Below are positions 10,235 to 19,470 of a stretch of 64,000 bases of DNA, one piece after another. The notes under the pieces were generated by a model. It ran no database searches and was not told the DNA's origin. It saw only the letters and a program-made list of their open reading frames with translations. The stretch covers positions 32,001 to 96,000 of the forward strand of contig JAHLWR010000010.1 of assembly GCA_019057815.1 (NCBI GenBank), written 5' to 3'. Source of the DNA: Candidatus Heimdallarchaeota archaeon (GTDB taxonomy: Archaea; Asgardarchaeota; Heimdallarchaeia; Heimdallarchaeales; Heimdallarchaeaceae). The position numbers were made by a program, and so were the translations under genes. Position 1 is the stretch's first letter; each line of letters begins with the position of its first letter.

Positions 10235-11109
10235 CACTTGATATTGTATGTGCAATTGATAATTCCTTATATTATCAAATGTTATGTAAAGGTTTAATTA
10301 AATCATTGCTTAAAAATTCCTGTCAGAATAAATTTAATATTCATGTTTTAAAAGATTGCAAAAATCATTATCCTTTGGATGATCTGAAAAATAAAATTAG
10401 TTTTCATAAGGTTAAGCCATTAAATATAATATGTGGATGTGTAAAATCAAAAACAACTTTTGCTAAACTAGAAATCCCTAATATTAAACAATTTAAGAAT
10501 CTAGAGAGAATCTTGTATTTGGATGTGGACACCTTCTGCTTAAGCGACATAACTTCGTTAGAAAAATTCAAATTTGAGAAAATTGCTATGGTAAACCCTG
10601 GAGGAAGTCTTTATCTTAAAGAGTTTTTACAACGAGTTTTTCATAAAAAGATAAAACCTTTAACTTATTTCTATAGAGGAAAAAAGCATTTAATAGCAGA
10701 TAAAGATCAAAAATATTCCAATGCTGGAGTTATGCTAATCAATCCAAAAATATGGTATATGAAACGAATTTCAGATCAAATAAAGAGGATTATTCTAACA
10801 CATTGTCAATATATGTATACAAGTGACGAAATGGCAATAAATCTCTTTTTCAAAGGGATGGTTGATCAACTTCCTGAAGAATATAATACTATGTCTTTTT
10901 CAAAAGTTAAAAATCCTAAAATAATACATTTTAATACCAAAAAACCAATATTAGGTAGTTCTTTATATTTTTTTCACAACTGGTTAAGTTTATTCGATAA
11001 AAATGATAAAAAAGTATTATTAAAACTTGAAGCAATGAGAGGAAAATCTGATAAATCTAGAATTATTAAAATCAAATCCGATGCATACCATGAATTTCTA
11101 AAGTCTTGA
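10231..11109 (+). CDS. Glycosyltransferase family 8
   Basis: RILYLDVD (DxD), NAGVMLIN, DEMAIN, IIHF..KP. Confidence 0.85.
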   Translation: MTLDIVCAIDNSLYYQMLCKGLIKSLLKNSCQNKFNIHVLKDCKNHYPLDDLKNKISFHKVKPLNIICGCVKSKTTFAKLEIPNIKQFKNLERILYLDVDTFCLSDITSLEKFKFEKIAMVNPGGSLYLKEFLQRVFHKKIKPLTYFYRGKKHLIADKDQKYSNAGVMLINPKIWYMKRISDQIKRIILTHCQYMYTSDEMAINLFFKGMVDQLPEEYNTMSFSKVKNPKIIHFNTKKPILGSSLYFFHNWLSLFDKNDKKVLLKLEAMRGKSDKSRIIKIKSDAYHEFLKS

Positions 11110-11171
11110 ATATCACTTTTAATTAATATACTCTAAAACAAAACATAAAAAATCACGATATCTCTTTTTCC

Positions 11172-12149
11172 GTGTTAATAAAAATAGCGACTAGAGTTCA
11201 TAATGAAGAATATTTTATGAAAACATTTCTTGATTATTATTTGGGATTAGAAGTTGATGAAATTCACATATATGATAGTTTCTCTACAGATAAAACGGAT
11301 AAAATAATAAATACGTATATAAAGAAATCAAAACCCATAATAAAAATCAATTTGAAAAAGGATTATCTTCATAGAGACTATTTTGAACAGGATAGACTTT
11401 GTAACGAAATATTAAATTATGCAATTGCTGATTTTCAGGAATCAAAAAAAGAAACATGGTGGATTTTTCCTGACATTGATGAATTTATACGAATTCCAAA
11501 TAATAGAAAGATTAAGGATCACTTTTTAAGAATAAAAGATATTTGTGTAAGGTTCCTATTTATCGATTGGTTTTTATCTCCAGATTTAATGTATAAAGAT
11601 ACAATAACAGCAAAAAAATTCTTAGATTTAATATATAATAAAAAATTAAAGGGAGAATATTTATTTCTATGGAACGATCCTTTTTATAAATACTATGCAA
11701 TAAAGCTAGATACTGGAGTTCTTTCCAAATATAACAAAATTAAAACACTTTCTGGTTTCCATAGATTCATAGTAAGAAATGAGATACTGTATCCTAGTGA
11801 TAATTCAATTCTTATTGTAGATCATCTGCGTGGAATACCTTATCCAAAACTTAAATTAAGAATAGATGATAGAAAGGAGTTATTAAAGAATCAGTCAGAT
11901 GATTGGGTTCTAGAACATTTTAAACTAGTAGAAGAAAAAGTGAGACAATATAAAGAAGGAGTTCTAGATAAACAATTACTTACATTTTATCAATTAGAAA
12001 AAAACAAAAATAGACTTACTGAATTTAGTGAGAATGACAGTATTTTTGATCGTATAATCACCCAAGATTTTTTAAGAGATCCTTTAGACTTTCGACCATC
12101 AAAATATAGAAATTATGATTTTAATAAGAGACATAATTGGAAAAGATGA
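11172..12149 (+). CDS. GT2-like glycosyltransferase (Glyco_tranf_2_4 type)
   Basis: HNEEYF..FLDYY, IYDSFSTD.T, WIFPDIDEF. Confidence 0.75.
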   Translation: MLIKIATRVHNEEYFMKTFLDYYLGLEVDEIHIYDSFSTDKTDKIINTYIKKSKPIIKINLKKDYLHRDYFEQDRLCNEILNYAIADFQESKKETWWIFPDIDEFIRIPNNRKIKDHFLRIKDICVRFLFIDWFLSPDLMYKDTITAKKFLDLIYNKKLKGEYLFLWNDPFYKYYAIKLDTGVLSKYNKIKTLSGFHRFIVRNEILYPSDNSILIVDHLRGIPYPKLKLRIDDRKELLKNQSDDWVLEHFKLVEEKVRQYKEGVLDKQLLTFYQLEKNKNRLTEFSENDSIFDRIITQDFLRDPLDFRPSKYRNYDFNKRHNWKR

Positions 12150-12532
12150 GAAATTAATTTTTTTAGAGCATTATTCTCTTCTTGCTTCAGATTACTATTA
12201 CGATGTCTTCTTGTTGTATATTGCTAAATAAGAAATAAGTACTATGATTTTCATCAGTAACAATACAACATTCTAATTTTTCTATCTCTATTTTTACTTC
12301 CTGTACCACTTGCAGAAACTGTCAATTCTTATATAAGAATAATAAGATGAAACAACAAGAAAGAAAGAAGATTAAGAAATAATCCTTGCAGAACAATGTT
12401 CTTATACTGTTTTATAGTTTGTTGTTTTTTTTAATACTATTTCTAATAATCCATTTATATTAAAAGAAGTTTAAGACATGTTTAAGAAGGAGGGAGAAAA
12501 AGTACTTTGAATCACATTTGCTTTGAAGAAAA

Positions 12533-13060
12533 ATGCCTATAATTATTGATAATGCTTGTTGTATTGGTTGTGGAATCTGCGTTGACATTTGTCCAGAATC
12601 CGTTATTGATATTGATCATAGTAATGAACAAGGTCTACATGAATTGGATGAAATAGCGATTGTTGTAAGAAAAGAAGATTGTACAAACTGTGGTTTGTGT
12701 ATTACTGAATGTCCAGCTGAATGTATTGAACTCGATAATGAACCATCCGTCCATCAAATGGAGACAGAAGCAGAAAAAGAAGACCTAAAAAAAGATAGAT
12801 TAGGAATTTTAGAGAAGATAATCAAGAGGTATGTGGAAATATCAATTAGTGATATGTGCCAATTACTAAAATTCGAAGAGGAGATTGATTTAAAGAAATG
12901 GTTAATTGATCTCCCTGATCATGTTGGTTTTGAGATACGAATTGATACTGTTTACATATCTAGTAAACTACAAGATGATTCTTCTGAAGCTCAAAAGGCA
13001 ATTGATGAACTACTAAAGAGTTTTTCAGACATTGAATATAAAAGTAACAAAAAACTATAA
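12533..13060 (+). CDS. 2x[4Fe-4S] ferredoxin fused to a C-terminal helical/wHTH-like domain
   Basis: CIGCGICVDICP and CTNCGLCITECP, followed by a ~95-aa non-ferredoxin tail. Confidence 0.85.
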   Translation: MPIIIDNACCIGCGICVDICPESVIDIDHSNEQGLHELDEIAIVVRKEDCTNCGLCITECPAECIELDNEPSVHQMETEAEKEDLKKDRLGILEKIIKRYVEISISDMCQLLKFEEEIDLKKWLIDLPDHVGFEIRIDTVYISSKLQDDSSEAQKAIDELLKSFSDIEYKSNKKL

Positions 13061-13135
13061 TTCAATGCTTTTTCCACACAGTCATCAGTTGTACTTAATG
13101 GAATATCATGAGATAAGAAACTTGATATGAACGTT

Positions 13136-13786
13136 TCAAGAAATCCCCAAAAGTTTCAAATCAGTGAATTTATCCTCTAAGTTCGACCTTACACTTATAT
13201 CTAATTTAGCGTAATTTTCTTGTAACCAGCTCTTACAAAGACATAAAGAAAGCTCTAGTGCTAAATGGAAATCATTTTTCCAGTGCCCGAGTTTTTGAGG
13301 GCTTTCCCAACTCTCTCTTACAGAATTCACTTGAGAAAGAATATCTTTCACTGTACCATGAACTACACAAGATAGCTTTCGGTATAATTTTTGTAATTTA
13401 GCTTTCAACTCAGAAGGAAGTTTAGCTTCAACTTCAGTTCTAATATTCCCAATTCGAAATTTAAATCCCTTATCAATCTCATCTAATTCAAGTACATGAT
13501 TTGACCCATAAATAATAACAAATATCAGATCTATGATTTGTCTTAAGATGATTTGTCCTTCCTCATATAAATTATGCATTGCGAAGAAAATTGTAAATGC
13601 AAGATTTCTGCCAATCATATTAATTCTTTTCTGTGAGAAATCATTATGAGGAAAGATATTTCTAACCTCCATAAAGAGTAGTGCTTTCTCATAAAATGGT
13701 AAGAAAATCTTTATCTTTTTAGATTCTTCAATTATGTGATTTCTAATCCCTTCATCAAGATTAACAAAATCTTTTAAATGTGTCAT
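13136..13786 (-). CDS. Putative HEPN-like RNase
   Basis: All-helical; 'LRQIIDL' upstream motif and LYRKLSCVVH containing Rx6H. Confidence 0.55.
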   Translation of the reverse strand: MTHLKDFVNLDEGIRNHIIEESKKIKIFLPFYEKALLFMEVRNIFPHNDFSQKRINMIGRNLAFTIFFAMHNLYEEGQIILRQIIDLIFVIIYGSNHVLELDEIDKGFKFRIGNIRTEVEAKLPSELKAKLQKLYRKLSCVVHGTVKDILSQVNSVRESWESPQKLGHWKNDFHLALELSLCLCKSWLQENYAKLDISVRSNLEDKFTDLKLLGIS

Positions 13787-13795
13787 TTTATCACT

Positions 13796-14104
13796 CTATC
13801 TGTCACTGAAAGCAGTATATATCTTATCAATGGTTTTTATTCCTGCATCACGATCCTCAAGAAGTCTGATTATTTCCGCTTTTCTAAACCTTGATGGGAT
13901 TTTAATATCTCTTCTTTTACATAAATGTCGAAGTTCAACGACTTTTAATTTCTCATAATCAGAAATTTCATCTGTTTCCCTGACAACTTCGATCATTTCT
14001 TTAAACTGTTTCGAAATAACAAATTTGGGGGCTTTCTTAAGCAACTTTGCTAAGTATTCAAGCTGTTTTGCTAATTCCCATGTGTTTGTTGGTTCTTCTT
14101 TCAT
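13796..14104 (-). CDS. Small protein with SAP/HeH (Rho-N-like) nucleic-acid-binding motif
   Basis: LKVVELRHLCKRRDIKIPSRFRKAEIIRLL; 4-nt overlap with the parA stop. Confidence 0.6.
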   Translation of the reverse strand: MKEEPTNTWELAKQLEYLAKLLKKAPKFVISKQFKEMIEVVRETDEISDYEKLKVVELRHLCKRRDIKIPSRFRKAEIIRLLEDRDAGIKTIDKIYTAFSDR

Positions 14105-14910
14105 TTTTCAACCTCTTTTATTACTCTCCGTGCAATCTCCACAAAAGGAGATCTATCATCTTTGTTATCAAGTGGTTTATGAGTTGATGGCCACTTGGAA
14201 TATGCTTGTATCTCCTTTATTTTGGTTAATATATTCTCTTTATATTCTATCTCCAACTCCTTTGTAATATTCTTATGGAAACTACTTCTTGTTGTTGGAA
14301 TCAAATTAATTACATAACCTAATAGTTGACAATTTATATGTTCTTTGATTTCTTCTAACTTCTTTTCAAGTATAATAAGTCCCTGTTGACTCATATAATC
14401 AGGTCTTATTGGTACGATATAATAATCAGAAGCACCGAGTGCTGCAATAACAAGTTCATCGAAGTCTGGAGGAGAATCTATAATACAATAATCGTAAGAT
14501 AGTGATTGAATTGGCTCCAAAGTTTTTTTGAGGTAGCTCTCTGAATAAGGTTTAGCAACAAGAATTCTTTTTTCTTCAAATAACCGGATACTAGATGGGA
14601 TAAGATCCATTTTCCCATTTTCAATTTTCCAAGGATTCAAAGTGATTATATCTGAAAGTCGGATTTTATTCTGTTCATCTATCAATCCTCCACTACTTTC
14701 TCTAAACAGATCTGCGATTGTTTTATTTGAACGATCTTTTTCTCTATAATTCTCCTCTTTCATTATTAATAGAGTAGCATTTGTTTGCGGATCCATATCA
14801 ATTAGAAGAACATCTTTGTTGAATGAACTTGAAAGCTCATAAGCTAAACCTACTGCGATTGTTGTTTTACCAACCCCTCCCTTCATATTTATTATACTTA
14901 GAACTATAAT
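14101..14910 (-). CDS. parA: ParA/Soj-family ATPase
   Basis: Deviant Walker A KGGVGKTT, IDMDPQ.NAT, IDSPP. The frame extends upstream as IIVLSIIN-MKGG, so the start is probably ATT at 14910, behind GGAAGTGA. Confidence 0.88.
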   Translation of the reverse strand: MIVLSIINMKGGVGKTTIAVGLAYELSSSFNKDVLLIDMDPQTNATLLIMKEENYREKDRSNKTIADLFRESSGGLIDEQNKIRLSDIITLNPWKIENGKMDLIPSSIRLFEEKRILVAKPYSESYLKKTLEPIQSLSYDYCIIDSPPDFDELVIAALGASDYYIVPIRPDYMSQQGLIILEKKLEEIKEHINCQLLGYVINLIPTTRSSFHKNITKELEIEYKENILTKIKEIQAYSKWPSTHKPLDNKDDRSPFVEIARRVIKEVEK

Positions 14911-15647
14911 TTTATTTCACTTCCGAGTAACAATGGAATATTATAATTAAATAATTAAATTTTTTGAATTGTGATCAATTCTTTGTTTTTCTATTCTTGG
15001 AACTAGAATCTTTCGAGGTATTTTGTCATCTCCATGCTATTTAATTAGGTTTGGTTGCTGATTTTCAGTTGCTCAAGTTTGGAATGTTTATTTCACTTAC
15101 CTTTATTTTTATCTCCTACATTATGATCTCATAATTAATTTCATTACTATATATTAAAGCTTTGATAAATATTAGTCCTCTATCAGAACTTTAAAAGAAA
15201 TAGGGGTACTACTTTTTTTCATCCTTTACAAACATTCATTCCTACAAGAGAATATTAATCTTCATTTACTAAAAATCGCCAATAGATATCTTTGAATGAT
15301 AACAATAAATCCTTTAAAGTTTTTCTAGATTTGACTCTGATACAATTAAAATAGGAATTCTCCATTGATTTAAAACTGAGGGTTGAGATGGACTAAACAA
15401 AAAAAGTATCGAATTTGCTTCTATTAGTTCTTCTGTTGATTTTGGAGGAATGTTCTTACAATATAAAGGTCTGAAGATGTTATTAAAATAGGAATAATTA
15501 TATGAAGCACTATTCGAGAATTATAAGATTCTATTTAATAATTCTTGGTCTAAGAGCTGGAATATATCTTCTGTTTTAACGGTATGGGGCTAGAATCTCA
15601 CCCCCACAGAGAAACTTTTATTTCTTCCAAATCATTTCTTGATTTGA

Positions 15648-18590
15648 ATGAACAAAATAAAAATACTTGCATTGTCAGATGTTCGTATTCATGATTGGAA
15701 TCAAGTTGTTAATTATCTAAAACGCAATTATGAAAATGGGAATGTCATTGATTTATTGTTGTATGGAGGAGATGATGTTAATAAATTACTTAATTTAACC
15801 ATAGATGATTTCAGGAATTTGAACTATCATTATAAAATCTTTCAAAGTAAGAACTTTGATTTGACATATGCTGATCTAAAAGATGTAATTATGAGTGATT
15901 TATATTTAAGTAAAAATATAGATAAACTTGGAGAAATTCAGAATAAAAAATTAACCAATAGATTTATCAAAAAAACATCCAAAAAATCAAGAATTCACTG
16001 GAAATTAAAAACGCATCTTAAAGAAGATATCAACGAACTCCAAGAAAATCTCAATTATCCACATTTGAAATATTTTAGAGAAGACAAATGTTTAATTTCT
16101 ATTTTCCCTAAAAAAATAATTCCTATCAAGATTGAAAATTCTAAAGATATTTACAATCATTGTCAAAAAGAACATAAGAAATCACTTAAATTTCTTGATA
16201 ATTTTATTTCAGATCTTAATCAATTAAGAAATGCTAATTCAATCATGCTCTACAAAACATATAGAAGATTACTTAAAGCTACTAAAAACACCAAAACATA
16301 TCATAACAATAAAAAGAAAATACTAAGTCTTCTGGAAAAGATTTTAGAAAAATTTAGTTTAAACATATATGATATTAGTCAAGAATCCATTATTTTTAAT
16401 AATAGAAAAATAAGTATCCGTTTAAGTTCTTATCTTTTTTTTGAAACTGAAGGATTATTAAGAAAAGAACACTGTTCGATAGCATTTTTATATAAAACAT
16501 TGAATTTTTTTAGAAAATTCTGTATGATATATGAACATCTGATTAATCAAGATTCAGATCTAAAAGAAATTTTTTTTGAAGATCCCTTTTATAATTGGAG
16601 AGTTCTAATACTACAAATAGAACAAAAATCCATATTGAAAGAAATTAAGAAATATATAAAATATGGTGTTGCTTTAGTTTGTGGAAATGATGATTTTGAG
16701 GATTCCATAGAGAGGATAAAATTCTATGATTGTTTTAATCTACAAGAAAAACCACTGTTCTTTAGAAATCTAACAATAATTGGTTTAGAAGGATCTGAAG
16801 ATAGAGAACTAGATAAATATAGCAAAAATAGAGAGCTATTTAGAGAACCTAGATCTAATGTTGAGAAAATTAGAGTAGGAATTGGACCAACAATCTTTCC
16901 GATTAGAGAACAAGAAAAAAAACTACATAATCATATATCACTAATTGAAGAAAAAGCACCTGAGAATAAGATCCTAATAGTTTCTCATTCTCCACCTTTA
17001 GGTATTTTAGATTTAGCTTATAGATTTGGATGTAATCATATAGGTAGTATAGTATTAAGAGAATTTATAGATAAATTTCGGAAAAAAAATTGTGGAATTA
17101 TTTGCGGTCATGTTCATTCTTGGGGAGGTAATAAGAGCATTTACAAAGGAGTTCCTATTTACAACATCTCATGTCATGATATGACGAGTAAAGGGGATTA
17201 TCCCCCATTTAATGCTTTATTTCTAGAAGTTGATAAAAATGGAGATATCATATATGAAGATATCTTTAATATTCTTATTGCAGAAAAAGAGAAATATAGA
17301 AATCAACCAACTTCCGTTCTCTCCAATATCGGTAAAAAGAGACAAATAATGTTGGAAAAAATTGGAATCAACTCAATTGGGGAATATGCAAAAATAGACT
17401 ATGATGAGCTCTTCCTAAATTTGTATAACCTTTATAAAGAAATAGGTGACAAATTTTATTGGGGGTTTTATCATAAGACATATTGGGGCGCAAAATTTCT
17501 ACTTAAAGAAATTGATAAACCAAAAAAGCTAGATACCATAGAATATGAAAGAAAGAACGCCATTGTTTTGGATTTAGAAACTGAATTAGTACAAGATAGA
17601 ATGGCACAAGACTTCAGTAATACTCGTATTTGGATGATTGGAATATATCATGTTGAAAAATGTAAACTCAAACAATTCTATTTAGGCAATTACGATAATA
17701 TCAGAGACATGCTGGTTGATTTTCTTTCTTGGATTTTTGAGAATGAGATAGAAACGATATTTGTTTACAGTTCAAATAAATTCGATGAGAAAATCTTAAA
17801 CACCAATTTAGAAAGATTTGTATATAAATCTGGAAGGGGAATATTACCCCTAGAGTTTTCAAAATGGAGTATTAACCATTTATTCGTTCCTAAAGACTTC
17901 CCATCTTCTCCTAAATATGTTAATTTATTCGGAGAATGGATAAAAAAGCTTTGTTTACCCTCCTACAGACTTGCAGAAATGTCCAAGCTAATTTTTAATA
18001 AAGAAGATACTATAACTGGTTTTAATTGTGGTCAAATAGGATCTCACTTAATTATATCTAGAAAAGAAGATTATGGAATATTGGAATGCAAATACTGCAA
18101 AGATTTGGTACAAAAAGTTAAGAAAAAAAATGAAGATGATGTTGTTTTTACTTCTAAATTGTTAGACTACTTTGAGAAATTAGAAGTAAGTTCCAATGAG
18201 AAAAAAGAAATTAAAAAATCTGTTAGAAAGAAATCTGGAGATGGTTTTAAATGTATTTCTTATAAAAACGGAATGAAAAATTGTTATGATAATAGAAAAC
18301 TAAATCAGAAAGAATATCTCTGTTACAAAATAGTTGAAAAAATGTTAAAGTTTGGAGAGAGTCATAGAGATGAGAGCTCAAGTTTTCAAGAAGAATACCA
18401 AATTCAAATGAAAACCACATTCAGTGATATATCATTAAAAACTTGCCAAATAACTTATTTTTATAATCAAGGAAGAGTAAGAATAAAGAGGAATATTGAA
18501 AGACATAAACATCAAAGAGTTGGTATAGACATAATAAAACTAACAAAAAACCAACTTCTTGAGCTTGAAAAACTGACTGATAAAATTTAA
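15648..18590 (+). CDS. Calcineurin-like metallophosphoesterase (with large insertion) + HhH + RNase H-like (RNase_H_2/YprB, DEDD) fusion
   Basis: LSDVR, GGDD, GNDD, SHSPP, CGHVH; LSNIGKKRQIMLEKIGINSI (HhH); VLDLETE..WMIGI..KFD..NEDDV. Confidence 0.7.
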   Translation: MNKIKILALSDVRIHDWNQVVNYLKRNYENGNVIDLLLYGGDDVNKLLNLTIDDFRNLNYHYKIFQSKNFDLTYADLKDVIMSDLYLSKNIDKLGEIQNKKLTNRFIKKTSKKSRIHWKLKTHLKEDINELQENLNYPHLKYFREDKCLISIFPKKIIPIKIENSKDIYNHCQKEHKKSLKFLDNFISDLNQLRNANSIMLYKTYRRLLKATKNTKTYHNNKKKILSLLEKILEKFSLNIYDISQESIIFNNRKISIRLSSYLFFETEGLLRKEHCSIAFLYKTLNFFRKFCMIYEHLINQDSDLKEIFFEDPFYNWRVLILQIEQKSILKEIKKYIKYGVALVCGNDDFEDSIERIKFYDCFNLQEKPLFFRNLTIIGLEGSEDRELDKYSKNRELFREPRSNVEKIRVGIGPTIFPIREQEKKLHNHISLIEEKAPENKILIVSHSPPLGILDLAYRFGCNHIGSIVLREFIDKFRKKNCGIICGHVHSWGGNKSIYKGVPIYNISCHDMTSKGDYPPFNALFLEVDKNGDIIYEDIFNILIAEKEKYRNQPTSVLSNIGKKRQIMLEKIGINSIGEYAKIDYDELFLNLYNLYKEIGDKFYWGFYHKTYWGAKFLLKEIDKPKKLDTIEYERKNAIVLDLETELVQDRMAQDFSNTRIWMIGIYHVEKCKLKQFYLGNYDNIRDMLVDFLSWIFENEIETIFVYSSNKFDEKILNTNLERFVYKSGRGILPLEFSKWSINHLFVPKDFPSSPKYVNLFGEWIKKLCLPSYRLAEMSKLIFNKEDTITGFNCGQIGSHLIISRKEDYGILECKYCKDLVQKVKKKNEDDVVFTSKLLDYFEKLEVSSNEKKEIKKSVRKKSGDGFKCISYKNGMKNCYDNRKLNQKEYLCYKIVEKMLKFGESHRDESSSFQEEYQIQMKTTFSDISLKTCQITYFYNQGRVRIKRNIERHKHQRVGIDIIKLTKNQLLELEKLTDKI

Positions 18591-18739
18591 TCAAAGATAA
18601 AGAGGTGAAAGAAGAAATTTGTTTTAATTTTGAAATTTAGTTTTTTTAAAAACTGACATTTATAATTAACACTGTTGATAGAATCATAAATGCTTAAACT
18701 AGACTAAAGATTTCGTCAATTATATGATTTTCTAATTTC

Positions 18740-19404
18740 TTAGACTAAAAACCATTTATCATCTTTTGGGATATACTCACTTAATTTACCTGAATAGAGA
18801 ATATTTTCTAGCGACAATATTCCTAGATGCATCAAATGATTCTTAAACGTGAAAACTGCAGAGTTTATCAAAAATTCTCTAAGCTTATCTTTCTTCTCGT
18901 AAATCTCTTCTTCTTCCCTTTATTTATAGAGTTCTAGTGCTTCTTCCTTCTTCTTTTCTTTACAGAACAAATTGAGAAAAAGGTTAGTTTTATCTGAAAT
19001 AACTCTTTTTATTATTTCTTGAAAACTTATTCTTTTCTCTTTTTTTCTTTTAGAACAGCTAATAAATCCCTAAAGAGTGTATTTTGAGTGTAGACCATCC
19101 TTATGCAAGTAGCTAATTCTTTATATTTCAACACATAGGTTGAGATTTGTTCGATTATTTTTATCATGTCTGTTGAATAAATATCAAACACATCTGTTTT
19201 TTTCAGGGAGTTTGAACCATTGAGTATTGTTATACTTCTCTTTATAACTATTGAGTAAATTGATAATTGAATTTACTTTTAATATAGTTTTCTCTGATTT
19301 AGCAAATACTAGTTCTAGCTATCCAGATCTTCTTTTTGGTGTTTTTTTAATGTATTATATAAGGAGTTAGGAATAGCTTTTTCTGAAGCACCCATTAGAA
19401 TCAT
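18740..19404 (-). pseudogene. Fragmented gene remnant immediately downstream of the PLD gene
   Basis: Protein-like segments in shifting frames, e.g. EKRISFQEIIKRVISDKTNLFLNLF..YK*REEEE..VFTFKNHLMHLGIL..YIPKDDKWFLV*, with internal stops. Confidence 0.5.
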
Positions 19405-19470
19405 AAAAAAAAATGTATATTTCTCTCTTATAGATACTTTGATAGTTATTTAAGTTTAGTGTGGTACAGA

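Noticed and set aside
14101-14910. Chromosomal ParABS locus
   Set aside because: No ParB/Spo0J gene or parS-like palindrome array; the partner genes are SAP-like and HEPN-like.
14940-15640. Possible gene remnant on the minus strand and a small GGGG/CCCC hairpin near 15585-15606
   Set aside because: Short stop-riddled frames with no recognisable family; the hairpin is too weak to call an IS end.
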